From Syntrophorhabdaceae bacterium (GTDB taxonomy: Bacteria > Desulfobacterota > Syntrophorhabdia > Syntrophorhabdales > Syntrophorhabdaceae), in NCBI GenBank assembly GCA_963665295.1, contig OY762209.1, positions 2,368,001-2,432,000 of the forward strand: 64,000 nucleotides of DNA, given 5' to 3'. Below the pieces are notes generated by a model that saw only the letters and a program-made list of their open reading frames with translations, was not told the DNA's origin and did no database searches. The position numbers and the translations under genes were made by a program. Numbering within the stretch: position 1 is the stretch's first letter; the number at the start of each line of letters is the position of its first letter. Shown here piece after piece: positions 47,483 to 56,872 of this stretch.

Positions 47483-47941
47483 TCAGCAGACCTCGAGGGT
47501 GCATCGCCGGACGTTGGCCACGATCCGCCTCAACACCTTGAGGGTTGTCGCTTCATCGCGATCAGGGACGCCGTCAAGCAACTCGTCGAGATGCCTTATG
47601 ACGACCGGCGTGAGTGCCTCCCTGACTTTGTGCCCCCTTTCCGTAAGAAAGATACGAAAGATCCTTTTATCCGAACTATCGGCCCGCCGTTCAATGTGGC
47701 CGTGTTTTTCGAGAAGGTTGAGGATCCTCGTCATGTTGTGACGGTCTTTCAGCATCCGCTCGCCAAGCTGGGTCTGATTCATCCCTTCCTCCAGGCCCAG
47801 ACGGGCCAGGACGCCGAACTGCTCCGGCGTGACGTCATAACCGGCTTGTTTGAACCTCCTTAAGAGCAGTGTCGTTCCCTCGGTCTGAACCCGGTAGGCC
47901 CAGTGAAGGAGAAGCTCCTCAATCGGATAGAGTTCCGCCAT
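47483..47941 (-). CDS. MarR family transcriptional regulator
   Basis: VTPEQFGVL, TRILNLLEKHG, DKRIFRIFLTERG; SD AGGAGG before ATG 47941. Confidence 0.93.
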   Translation of the reverse strand: MAELYPIEELLLHWAYRVQTEGTTLLLRRFKQAGYDVTPEQFGVLARLGLEEGMNQTQLGERMLKDRHNMTRILNLLEKHGHIERRADSSDKRIFRIFLTERGHKVREALTPVVIRHLDELLDGVPDRDEATTLKVLRRIVANVRRCTLEVC

Positions 47942-49373
47942 TCTTTCCTCCTTCTGTGAGTCCATCCGCTTTTGCCACCCAGCCCCCGCCCATGGACTTA
48001 TAAAGGTTTACGAGGGAGCGGAAAAGGGTATCCTGCGTCTGCGTATAGGCAAGCTCGGCATTGAAGAGACTCCTCTCCGCGTCGAGGACCTCGAGGTAAC
48101 TGGTGTAGCCGTTCTCGTAGCGTAGGCTTGCGAGACTCGCATAGCTGGTGAGGGCTTCCACCCGCTGTTTCTGGATGACGAGTTGCTCCCGCGATTTGCG
48201 CTGGTCGATGAGAGCGTCATCCACCTCCCGGAATGCCTGCTGGATTACCTGCTGGTACCTGACAAGGTTCTGGTCCGTCACCGCTTCCGCTGCTTGCACC
48301 TGTCCCGCGATGGCCCCTGCGGTAAATACGGGCATCGTGGCAGGCACCACGTAATTCCACATTTTGGCGGGTCCCAGGAAGAGGTTCGAAAGGTCCGTAC
48401 TCTCCACGCCGAAGGAACCGGTGAGGGTGACAGAGGGGAAATAGAGGGCCTTCGCCACACCGATTCGTGCGTTGGCCGCTATGAGGTTCTGCTCGGCCTG
48501 TCGCAAATCGGGCCGCCTGTCGAGGAGTCCGGAGGGCAAACCTGACGGCACCGTGGGAAGAGTGAGGTCATCAAGACGCTTGCCCCGCGGTATGGGGCCG
48601 GGATTACGGCCGAGGAGTACACTCAAGACGTTTTCCTGCTGGGTGATAAGCTTCTGGACCAAGGGAATCGTGGCAAGGGCGAGTTGGTATTCGGATTCCA
48701 CCTGGCGTAGCTCCAACTCTGAGATCAGGCCCCGGTCGAAGCGGAGCTTGAAGAGTTCAAAGGAATACTCACGGCTCTTCGCGGTCCGTTCGGCGATCTC
48801 CAACTGCTTGTCCAAGTGGCACAGGTCCACATAAGACGTCGCCACCGCCGCCACCACCGTGAGGACCACGGCCCTTCGTCCTTCCTCGGTGCTGAGAAGG
48901 TCGGCCCTAGCAGCCTCCGTGGAACGGCGAATACGCCCCCATATGTCGATCTCCCAGCTCGCGGCGAGGAAACCCTGAAAGTCATTATAGGGGTTATCCG
49001 CCGCATAGGACCAGGGAGGGTTGACATAACGGCTTACCGCCTTCCTCTGTGCGACGCCTGCCGCCGCCACCTGGGGAAAGAGGGCGGCCCTCGTTGTGCC
49101 GTATCGTCCCATGAATTCATCGACCCTTGCCGCGGCGATGCGGAGATCCTTGTTTTCCTTAAGTGCCGAGGCGATAAGTTCGTTAAGGACGGGGTCGCCG
49201 AACTGTTCCCACCAGGCCGTGTCCGCAAGGTCCTTCGCCTCGGGCTCCGTGAGACGCCATGTATCCGGTGCGTCGATGGAAGGCCGCCGGTAATCGGGTC
49301 CGATAGCACAGCCGCAAAAGGAGAGGACGAGAAGCAGGGCGATAATCGCCCTCTGCGGGTTCATCCTATGCAT
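47919..49373 (-). CDS. RND efflux outer-membrane lipoprotein (OprM/NodT family)
   Basis: Lipobox FCGC, WWEQFGDP, WEIDIWGR, RRPDL, SYLEVLDAER, LYKSMGGGW. Confidence 0.95.
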   Translation of the reverse strand: MHRMNPQRAIIALLLVLSFCGCAIGPDYRRPSIDAPDTWRLTEPEAKDLADTAWWEQFGDPVLNELIASALKENKDLRIAAARVDEFMGRYGTTRAALFPQVAAAGVAQRKAVSRYVNPPWSYAADNPYNDFQGFLAASWEIDIWGRIRRSTEAARADLLSTEEGRRAVVLTVVAAVATSYVDLCHLDKQLEIAERTAKSREYSFELFKLRFDRGLISELELRQVESEYQLALATIPLVQKLITQQENVLSVLLGRNPGPIPRGKRLDDLTLPTVPSGLPSGLLDRRPDLRQAEQNLIAANARIGVAKALYFPSVTLTGSFGVESTDLSNLFLGPAKMWNYVVPATMPVFTAGAIAGQVQAAEAVTDQNLVRYQQVIQQAFREVDDALIDQRKSREQLVIQKQRVEALTSYASLASLRYENGYTSYLEVLDAERSLFNAELAYTQTQDTLFRSLVNLYKSMGGGWVAKADGLTEGGKNGGTLSD

Positions 49374-52300
49374 GGTCGTCCTCCTTCCTCGCAACAGGGG
49401 GCGCCTTCTTTTTCTTTCGCCGACCCGCAACCTTCTCTACTGCATAGAAAGTGACGGGGATGAGGAAGATCGCAATTACCGACGCCGCCGCGGTCCCTCC
49501 CATTACCGCAGTCCCCATGGTCTGATGGGCGTTTGCTCCCGCCCCGGTCGAAATCGCAAGGGGGAGCACCCCGAGGAGAAAGGCAAAGGACGTCATGAGG
49601 ATGGGTCTCAGACGAAGCTGGGCCCCTTCGAGGGCGGCATCGATGAGCCCCTTCCCCTGCTGGTGCCTTGTTTTTGCAAACTCCACGATGAGGATAGCGT
49701 TCTTTGCCGCCAACCCGATGAGGACGATGAGGGCGATCTGGGCATACACGTTGTTTTCCATGCCCCGCAACCACATGGCGGCGAAGGCGCCGAAAACGGC
49801 AACAGGCGTGCCGAGAAGCACGCTGAGGGGCAGGGACCAGCTCTCATAGAGAGCCGCAAGGATAAGAAAGACGCAGAACAAGGAAAAGGCGAAGATGGCC
49901 GATGCGGGGAGACCTTCCCGGGCCTTTTTTTCCTGGAAGCTCATGCCGATATAATCGAGGCCAATGTCGGAGGGCATGGTCTGTTTGTACACCTCTTCCA
50001 GGGCGTTCATCACCTGTCCCGAACTGTACCCCCGCTTGCCGGTGGCGTTGATCTGGGCGGAACGATAGAGGTTGTAACGCATGGTGAATTCGGGACCGGG
50101 CCGTGACTCCACGGTGGTGAGCGCCGAAAGCGGCACCGGGTCGCCCCTGTCGTTATTCACATAGAACCGTCGTATATTCTCGGCCTTTGCCCGGTAGGTC
50201 CCTTCCGCCTGCACATAGACCTGCCACTGGCGGCCGAACCGGTTGAAGTAATTTACGAAGTAGCCTCCCATGAAGGTTTGCAGGGTCTGGTAGACCTCCC
50301 TGAGATCGATGCCCTGCTTGATAACCTTGTCGCGGTCGACGTTCACGAAGAGTTGAGGCACGGCAGGAAGAAACGTGGTGATTACGTTCTCGAGCTCCGG
50401 CCTCTTGCGCGCGGCCTCGATGAATTTGTTCACGTTCTCCGCGAGAAAACTGATGTCTTTGCCTGCCCGGTCCTGGAGGACGACCTGGGCGCCTCCGGCC
50501 AGTCCTATGCCCTGGATCGGGGGCGGGGGAAAGACAAAGGAAACGCCTTCGGGAAATTTCCGCAACTCCCGTCGCAGGTGGTCCATAATCGCCTGATACT
50601 TTTCCTCGGGCCTCTTTCGGTCCTGCCAGCCTTTCAGGGTCACAAAAGCGAAGCCGCTGTAAGTGTTCTGGGCAATGCTCATGAGGCTCAGACCTGAAAT
50701 GGTCTGGTAGTGCTCGATCCCCGGCGTTTTGCTCAAGACTTTCTCAACGTTCTTCATGACCTCCGTGGTGCGCTGGAGCGACGCGGCATTGGGAAGGGCC
50801 ATGTTTATGTAAAAATATCCGACGTCCTCGTTAGGAAGGAAACTCGCGGGGAGTCCCTTGCCGAGAATGCCGGAAAGGAGCGCGATAAAGCCCAGGAAGA
50901 GAAGGCTGAGAACGCTCCTCCGGATCAACGACCGGCACACGCTGACGTAGCCCTTGGAAGCCCTGTTGAATACCCGGTTGAACCAGGTAAAGAACGCTCC
51001 AAGGGGTCCGTGTGTTTTTCCCGGTCTGAGGAGAAGGGCGCAGAGGGCCGGGCTTAGGGTCAGGGCGTTAAAGGCTGAAATGATGACCGAGATCGCGATG
51101 GTCACCGCAAACTGCTGATAGAGCCTGCCGGTAATGCCCGGGATGAAGATGGTGGGGATAAAGACGGCAGCGAGAATAAGGGCGATCGCCATAACAGGGC
51201 CGGAAACCTCCTTCATGGCCTTGAGTGACGCCTCCTTTGGCGACAGTCCTTCCTCGATGTGGCGCTCCACCGCTTCAACCACGATGATGGCGTCGTCCAC
51301 CACGAGGCCGATGGCAAGGACCAGGCCGAAAAGGGAAAGGGTGTTGATGGAAAAGCCCAGAAGCGGAAAGACGGCGAAGGTACCTATGAGCGAAATGGGG
51401 ACGGCCAACGCGGGAATGAGGGTTGCCCTCCAGCCCTGAAGGAAGAGAAAGACCACGAGGATTACGAGGGCCAGGGCCTCCAGGAGGGTCTTCATGATCT
51501 CGTGGATACCTTCATTGATGGACCGGGTCGTGTCGAGGGTGATGGTATATTCCAGATCGGCGGGAAACCGTTTGCTTGCCTCTTCGAGCACCTTCTTTAC
51601 CCCTGCCACGGTGGCGAGGGCATTGGACCCGGGCAACTGGTAAACGCCCAGCATGGCGGCGGGCCTTCCATCAACACGGGCATTCACATTGTACGTTTGG
51701 GCTCCGAGTTCGATACGGGCCACGTCTTTCAGCCGGACAATCGATCCATCGGGGCTTGCCCGGACCACGATGGACTCGAAATCTTCGAGTGTCGAAAGGC
51801 GGCCCTTTGCCCGGACCGTATAGGTGAATTCCTGCTTCGGAGGCGCGGGTTCCGCCCCGATCTGTCCCGCGGGGTTGACCGTGTTCTGTTTCTCGACAGC
51901 CTTCACAAGGTCCGGGACGGTGAGTCCCAGTTTGCCCAGCGTATCCGGGTTCACCCATATCCGCATCGCGTAGTCTCCCGCGCCGAACAGGTTGACCTGG
52001 GCGACACCCGGCGTTCGGAGCAACTGGTCGATGAGGTTGATATTCGCATAGTTTCCCAGGAATGTAGAGTCGTGGGTGCCTTTCGGCGAGGAAAGTCCCA
52101 GGATCATGAGAGGCGACGACCTCGATTTCTGGATGTTCACCCCGTAATTGCGAACATCGATGGGGAGTTGGGATTGTGAAAGGGCCTGACGTATCTGGGT
52201 GAAGATGAGGTCGGTATTGGGATCGGTCTTGACGTCGAAATTGACGAAGACGCGCATGCTCCCGTTGCTCGCATTGACCGAGTACATGTAGTTCATGTTG

Positions 52301-52518
52301 TCTACGCCGCTCAGCTTCTGCTCCATGGGCGTGGCGACCGACTGCTCCACGGTTTCCGCGTCCGCGCCCGTGTAGGTTGTCCAGATCTGGACCTCAGGGG
52401 GGACGATCTCGGGGAATTGCGCCACCGGTAACTGAAACATCGCCACCAGTCCGAGGACAATGAACATGATGGAGATAACCATCGCAACGATGGGGCGGTT
52501 TATGAAGAACCTTGACAT
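49366..52518 (-). CDS. RND efflux permease (AcrB/HAE1 family)
   Basis: MSRFFINRP, GLVVDDAIIVVE, AKNAILIVEFA, RLRPILMTS. Confidence 0.97.
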   Translation of the reverse strand: MSRFFINRPIVAMVISIMFIVLGLVAMFQLPVAQFPEIVPPEVQIWTTYTGADAETVEQSVATPMEQKLSGVDNMNYMYSVNASNGSMRVFVNFDVKTDPNTDLIFTQIRQALSQSQLPIDVRNYGVNIQKSRSSPLMILGLSSPKGTHDSTFLGNYANINLIDQLLRTPGVAQVNLFGAGDYAMRIWVNPDTLGKLGLTVPDLVKAVEKQNTVNPAGQIGAEPAPPKQEFTYTVRAKGRLSTLEDFESIVVRASPDGSIVRLKDVARIELGAQTYNVNARVDGRPAAMLGVYQLPGSNALATVAGVKKVLEEASKRFPADLEYTITLDTTRSINEGIHEIMKTLLEALALVILVVFLFLQGWRATLIPALAVPISLIGTFAVFPLLGFSINTLSLFGLVLAIGLVVDDAIIVVEAVERHIEEGLSPKEASLKAMKEVSGPVMAIALILAAVFIPTIFIPGITGRLYQQFAVTIAISVIISAFNALTLSPALCALLLRPGKTHGPLGAFFTWFNRVFNRASKGYVSVCRSLIRRSVLSLLFLGFIALLSGILGKGLPASFLPNEDVGYFYINMALPNAASLQRTTEVMKNVEKVLSKTPGIEHYQTISGLSLMSIAQNTYSGFAFVTLKGWQDRKRPEEKYQAIMDHLRRELRKFPEGVSFVFPPPPIQGIGLAGGAQVVLQDRAGKDISFLAENVNKFIEAARKRPELENVITTFLPAVPQLFVNVDRDKVIKQGIDLREVYQTLQTFMGGYFVNYFNRFGRQWQVYVQAEGTYRAKAENIRRFYVNNDRGDPVPLSALTTVESRPGPEFTMRYNLYRSAQINATGKRGYSSGQVMNALEEVYKQTMPSDIGLDYIGMSFQEKKAREGLPASAIFAFSLFCVFLILAALYESWSLPLSVLLGTPVAVFGAFAAMWLRGMENNVYAQIALIVLIGLAAKNAILIVEFAKTRHQQGKGLIDAALEGAQLRLRPILMTSFAFLLGVLPLAISTGAGANAHQTMGTAVMGGTAAASVIAIFLIPVTFYAVEKVAGRRKKKKAPPVARKEDDHA

Positions 52519-52533
52519 GCGGCGAGCCCTCCC

Positions 52534-53757
52534 CTATCCCTTCTGGGGTTTGGTCCGAGACCCTGCTCCCGGCACGGGGCCGCCTCCGCCGGGCGTCCGG
52601 GGAGTCTTCTGTTGTCCGTCAGCCTGCTTGGCAACAAAGGGTTTTACGGTTACCACGGTCCCTTCCTTCACCTTCTGGACTCCCTCGGCAATGACCCGTT
52701 CGCCCCGTTTGAGGCCGCTCTCTATGACCCAAAAGTCATCGACCCGCTCCGCAACCTCGACAGGCCGGATATTGACCTTGTTATCCGGCGCTACGACAGC
52801 TACCTGGAACCCTCCCTGAAGCTCCGTCACCGCCCGCTGCGGCACGAGGAAGGCACCTTTCTTGATCGCTGTCTCTGCAATGACCCGGGCGAATTGACCC
52901 GGCCGGACTACGTTTCCGGGATTGGGGAAGAGGGCGGCGACTTTGATGGTTCCTGTCCTCACGTCCACCTGCCGGTCCGCAAAGGCGAAGCTTCCCTTGT
53001 GGGGATGAAGGCGGCCGTCGGCAAGGATCAACTGAAGGGGCAATCTCTGACCCCGTTCACCGCCGGACTGAACATACCGCAGATATTCCGGTTCACTCAT
53101 GGATATATAGACCTTGATGGGGTTCACAGTCGACACGGTGGTCAGTTCCTCTACGGAGCCGGTACCTACCAGGTTGCCGATCTGGGCTTTGGCGATGCCC
53201 GCGATACCGGCTATGGGTGAAGTGATCTTCGTGAATTCCACGTCAACCTTGGCCTTGTCGACTACCGCCTGCGCTTCTACCACGGCGGCCTTGGCCGCCT
53301 GCTCGGTGCCGACCGCGTCATCATAGTCTTTGAGGCTGATGGCCCTCCGCTGCACCAGGGGTTTGATGCGCTCCAGGTTCGCCTTGGCAATTTCCCAGCG
53401 GGCCTGCTGCTGGCCGAGCTGTCCGTTGGCCTTTTCCAGGGCGGCCACGAAGGTTCGGGGGTCGATCTTGAAGAGGACCTGACCCTTCTTGACGAAATCG
53501 CCCTCCTTATAATCCTGCTCAGTCAGATAACCCTGGACCTGGGCGCGGATGACGGCATTCACCAGGCCGTCGGTGGAAGCTGTCCATTCCGAATAAACAG
53601 GAACATCCTTTATCACGATGTCCGTCACGGCGACAATGGGCGGCTGCGCGATTTCCTTGGTCCGGCCGTTCTTGCAGCCGGGCAGGCACAGGGCTGCCGC
53701 ACATGTCATGATCATGCCTATACAAAAGATACCGGTTGCCTTTTGTTTCCAGGCCAT
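52534..53757 (-). CDS. RND efflux periplasmic adaptor (MFP) lipoprotein
   Basis: Lipobox LPGC, IRAQVQG, ITSPIAG, VPQRAV. Confidence 0.95.
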   Translation of the reverse strand: MAWKQKATGIFCIGMIMTCAAALCLPGCKNGRTKEIAQPPIVAVTDIVIKDVPVYSEWTASTDGLVNAVIRAQVQGYLTEQDYKEGDFVKKGQVLFKIDPRTFVAALEKANGQLGQQQARWEIAKANLERIKPLVQRRAISLKDYDDAVGTEQAAKAAVVEAQAVVDKAKVDVEFTKITSPIAGIAGIAKAQIGNLVGTGSVEELTTVSTVNPIKVYISMSEPEYLRYVQSGGERGQRLPLQLILADGRLHPHKGSFAFADRQVDVRTGTIKVAALFPNPGNVVRPGQFARVIAETAIKKGAFLVPQRAVTELQGGFQVAVVAPDNKVNIRPVEVAERVDDFWVIESGLKRGERVIAEGVQKVKEGTVVTVKPFVAKQADGQQKTPRTPGGGGPVPGAGSRTKPQKG

Positions 53758-53826
53758 TCAACACCCTCCTCGCCTATGCTCGGGTCCCCCGTCCCTTGGT
53801 TTTTACGCTTTAGCAGCTATATTACC

Positions 53827-53856
53827 ATAACAACATTGCCATGACAATGACGTTAT
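53827..53856. promoter_or_regulatory. Imperfect palindrome upstream of the RND operon, probable MarR operator
   Basis: ATAACAACATTGCCATGACAATGACGTTAT is near self-complementary and lies about 70 nt upstream of the MFP start. Confidence 0.6.
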
Positions 53857-54002
53857 AATAGGGGGCGGCAATATGACGGCACGATTTCTATCCTTTTGAA
53901 AAAGTTGGTTTTCTTAGGTTTTCAACGAGGCTCCTGCCGGCCCCTTCGCTCTTCCGGCCCTTCGTTTCCGCTGGACTTGGGCCGGCCCTATGACCTACAA
54001 TA

Positions 54003-54425
54003 ATGGGCATGGGCAAGGACAGACCACAGTGCGGGCTCCTCATAGAGAACAGGGAAGGGAAGGTGTTGCTTCAACTGAGGGACAACATACCGGATATCCC
54101 GTGGCCCGGCATGTGGGGGACCTTCGGCGGACAAGTTGAAAAGGGAGAGAGTTCCCTGGAAGCGATCGTAAGGGAGCTCAGGGAGGAACTTGCCTACGAC
54201 CTCCACGATCCCGAGTACTTCGGCAATTTCCCCTATGACGGCTACGACATATTCATGTACAGGAAGATAGTTCCCGACATTACCCTCGACGACGTGACCG
54301 TCTGCGAGGGAGAGAGGGCTGCCTTTTTCTCTCTGGAGGAGATAAAGGGGACGGAATGCGCGGCGAACTGCAAAGAAATCATACTTGCATACTACGAGAT
54401 GTTCCACGGAGGCCGGGGGCGTTAA
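54003..54425 (+). CDS. NUDIX hydrolase
   Basis: Nudix box GGQVEKGESSLEAIVRELREEL. Confidence 0.92.
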   Translation: MGMGKDRPQCGLLIENREGKVLLQLRDNIPDIPWPGMWGTFGGQVEKGESSLEAIVRELREELAYDLHDPEYFGNFPYDGYDIFMYRKIVPDITLDDVTVCEGERAAFFSLEEIKGTECAANCKEIILAYYEMFHGGRGR

Positions 54426-54429
54426 CCCG

Positions 54430-55302
54430 TTACGGTTTTTGATTCCCCTGGGCCCGCCCGGGCAGCGATGCGAGGCAGCGGGAGATGATCTCCTCCACCG
54501 ACCCCACATCGAGAGCGTTTTCCCCCTGCTTGAGGACGTGGCCTGTACCTCTCGGCCGCCACACAGAGGGATCGAAATCGGTAAACAGGGTAATCGTGGT
54601 GAGTCCGAGCATCCCCGCAAAGTGGGCCATGCCGGAATCATTTGAAACAAATATGCCGCCCCCTTCCAGAAATTCTTTCACATCGGCCAATTCGGGCAGG
54701 GACAGGCTGTCCGGAAGCCCGAGGGCAAGGTCGAAGGGTTCGATGATGCGGACCTCCGTACCTTTTGACTTCAGGACATGGTAGAGGTCGATGAAGTTCC
54801 GGTAATGCCACTTCTCCTTCTTGAACCCTTTTTCAGGGTAGAGGATTACCCTGGAGGACGGCTTCAAGGGCGGCTCTATCTTTAGCGCCTCGACGCCGTA
54901 TCGGGGAAGCTGGGCCAATTGGTAGTCCTCGACGTGCACTCCCGCCGGTCCGGGCCGGGGGGCGCCGAAGGCGTTCTCGGGATACATGTCGATAAAGAGA
55001 AGGGGGTTTCGGGAGAAGCGCTGCCACCTTTCTCTCAGGCTGCCCTCGCGATCCTTGCCGAGGAATATGATCCGTTCCCACGTGATGTCTGTGGGGCGGC
55101 TGGAAAAGAGGTAGAGCCATCGTGCGGACTCTATGCCGTGAACCTCGGTGAAATAGTCTTTGAAGAGGTTGAGGAACCTCCTGGTGCCCAGGGCTGCCAC
55201 GGGTTGCCTGAAGTGGCGGGAGACGGAATGGAAGACGGATTCGGAAAGACAACAGTCCCCGAGCCCTCCCATGTGGATAAGAAGGATATCTTTAAATTCC
55301 AT
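54430..55302 (-). CDS. Glycosyltransferase family 9 (heptosyltransferase-like)
   Basis: ILLIHMGGLGD, KEKW, FVSNDSGMAHFA, WRP. Confidence 0.85.
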   Translation of the reverse strand: MEFKDILLIHMGGLGDCCLSESVFHSVSRHFRQPVAALGTRRFLNLFKDYFTEVHGIESARWLYLFSSRPTDITWERIIFLGKDREGSLRERWQRFSRNPLLFIDMYPENAFGAPRPGPAGVHVEDYQLAQLPRYGVEALKIEPPLKPSSRVILYPEKGFKKEKWHYRNFIDLYHVLKSKGTEVRIIEPFDLALGLPDSLSLPELADVKEFLEGGGIFVSNDSGMAHFAGMLGLTTITLFTDFDPSVWRPRGTGHVLKQGENALDVGSVEEIISRCLASLPGRAQGNQKP

Positions 55303-55401
55303 ATCCGACGAAGCTCGTTTTATGGGGGTCACGCCGACGGGATGATGAAGACGGAGTCGGCGGCAGGGGGTACTTGGGCCGGAAAGACAGCCGAAGATAT
55401 C

Positions 55402-55989
55402 TCACTTGAGACTGGTGAGGGCCTTGATGATGTCTGCTCCCCCTTTATATACTTCCTTCTTATCTCCGTTGATTATGACACAGGAAGGGGTCTCCATGAT
55501 CTTGTCTTCCTTGATATACCCTTCCAGCATGACGAACACGGGTTTCACATCGAAGAGCTTGAACCTCAGGAAATGTTTGTTGAGGTAATCCTCCAGTTGA
55601 CCCTGCTCCGTGATCCCTGATTTCGACGCCTCGAAAAGCAGGCTCCTTGCCCGGAGGATATAGTCGATATCCGCTCTCTCTTTTGCAATAAAGAGGAAAT
55701 ATTTCGTGTAGAGGGACGAATTTTTGTGGAATGGCGCGTCGATAAGGGTGAGGGTGATGACGTTCCTCTTTACGAGGTCGGCGAGGACAGGCTCGATCTT
55801 GGGCTCCAGGGCCCGGCACGGGGTGCAGTAGTAGTCTGCGTAAAGCCGTACCTTGATCTTTCCGGTCCCGAAAACGGGGGCAAAATCCCTCACGGAGAGG
55901 GCCCCCCGGTCCTGACCGGCAGCGGGAATTGAGAGGAAGAGCGACAGGCAGAGAATCGCCATTATGAACCGGAGAGAAGACTTTTGCAT
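55402..55989 (-). CDS. Exported thioredoxin-fold (DsbA-like) protein
   Basis: Signal peptide, DYYCTPC, ETPS cis-Pro loop. Confidence 0.85.
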   Translation of the reverse strand: MQKSSLRFIMAILCLSLFLSIPAAGQDRGALSVRDFAPVFGTGKIKVRLYADYYCTPCRALEPKIEPVLADLVKRNVITLTLIDAPFHKNSSLYTKYFLFIAKERADIDYILRARSLLFEASKSGITEQGQLEDYLNKHFLRFKLFDVKPVFVMLEGYIKEDKIMETPSCVIINGDKKEVYKGGADIIKALTSLK

Positions 55990-56170
55990 GCAATATTCTA
56001 CTCACCCGCACCCCCTTTTGTAAAGTGATATATCCTCCCTCGTGGGGCGGGGTATCGGGGGCGACGGGGACGGGAGGCGTTGCTCCGTGTTTTGTGTGCC
56101 GTCGCTTCCGCTATGGGTTGACAGGGCCGGGGGTGGATTGATAGCATTAGGGAGAGTCTAAGGAGGACTG

Positions 56171-56509
56171 ATGGCGGAAACGGATAATTGGGGCGCCGAC
56201 CCCCAGGTGAGGTACTTGAGGCGGATATTTTCGAGGATAGAAGAAATGCAGGCTGCATTGCTCACGCGGCTCGGCGTCGGGTCATCCGATTACCGGCTGC
56301 GGCGCGTGCGCGAGTCAACGCTCAAGCTTTTCGAACAGGGCTGGATGCTCGCCCAAAGGAACGGGGTGGTCGGCTCCGACGAGGAAATCGCCGTCCTTTA
56401 CCTCTATTGTTTTGCCCGGATGCTCGGCGCGAACCGCATACCCGTGGCTCCGGAAGAACTGCCCGCCCATGATGGAATAGCTGCCTTTGTAAAGGAGGTG
56501 CTCAAGTGA
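56171..56509 (+). CDS. Hypothetical protein
   Basis: SD AAGGAGG; TTGACA-N18-TAGCAT upstream; stop overlaps the next start (GTGA). Confidence 0.75.
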   Translation: MAETDNWGADPQVRYLRRIFSRIEEMQAALLTRLGVGSSDYRLRRVRESTLKLFEQGWMLAQRNGVVGSDEEIAVLYLYCFARMLGANRIPVAPEELPAHDGIAAFVKEVLK

Positions 56510-56841
56510 TCCGCCTGCGTCTCTTCGGCCGGTGCCGCATCTACCATGACCCTGTGAGCCCGGTGGCCAAGGCCCCTGCCCAGGTCGGCTGGACTGCCTG
56601 GTACCGTACTATCGACCTCGTGACGCCCCAGCAATTGAAAGGCGAAGAGCTGCTCCGGAGGACCCGGGGATGGTGGACCGTTGACCCCGCCGATGTCGCC
56701 CTGGTGGTGAAGGAGTACGGACGGCTCGTGGTGGGAGACGGAGGGGAGTTGATGGTGGAGTTCGAGGACGGAGAGAAAGCTGAAGCCCTTTCCGGGGCGC
56801 TGAAGGAGAGGTTTCAGGACCAGGTGCAGCTCGCCCCGTAA
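56506..56841 (+). CDS. Hypothetical protein
   Basis: SD AAGGAGG, translationally coupled to the previous ORF. Confidence 0.75.
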   Translation: MIRLRLFGRCRIYHDPVSPVAKAPAQVGWTAWYRTIDLVTPQQLKGEELLRRTRGWWTVDPADVALVVKEYGRLVVGDGGELMVEFEDGEKAEALSGALKERFQDQVQLAP

Positions 56842-56872
56842 TGCCGGTTTTACGGCGGGCGCTTCGAGGCCG

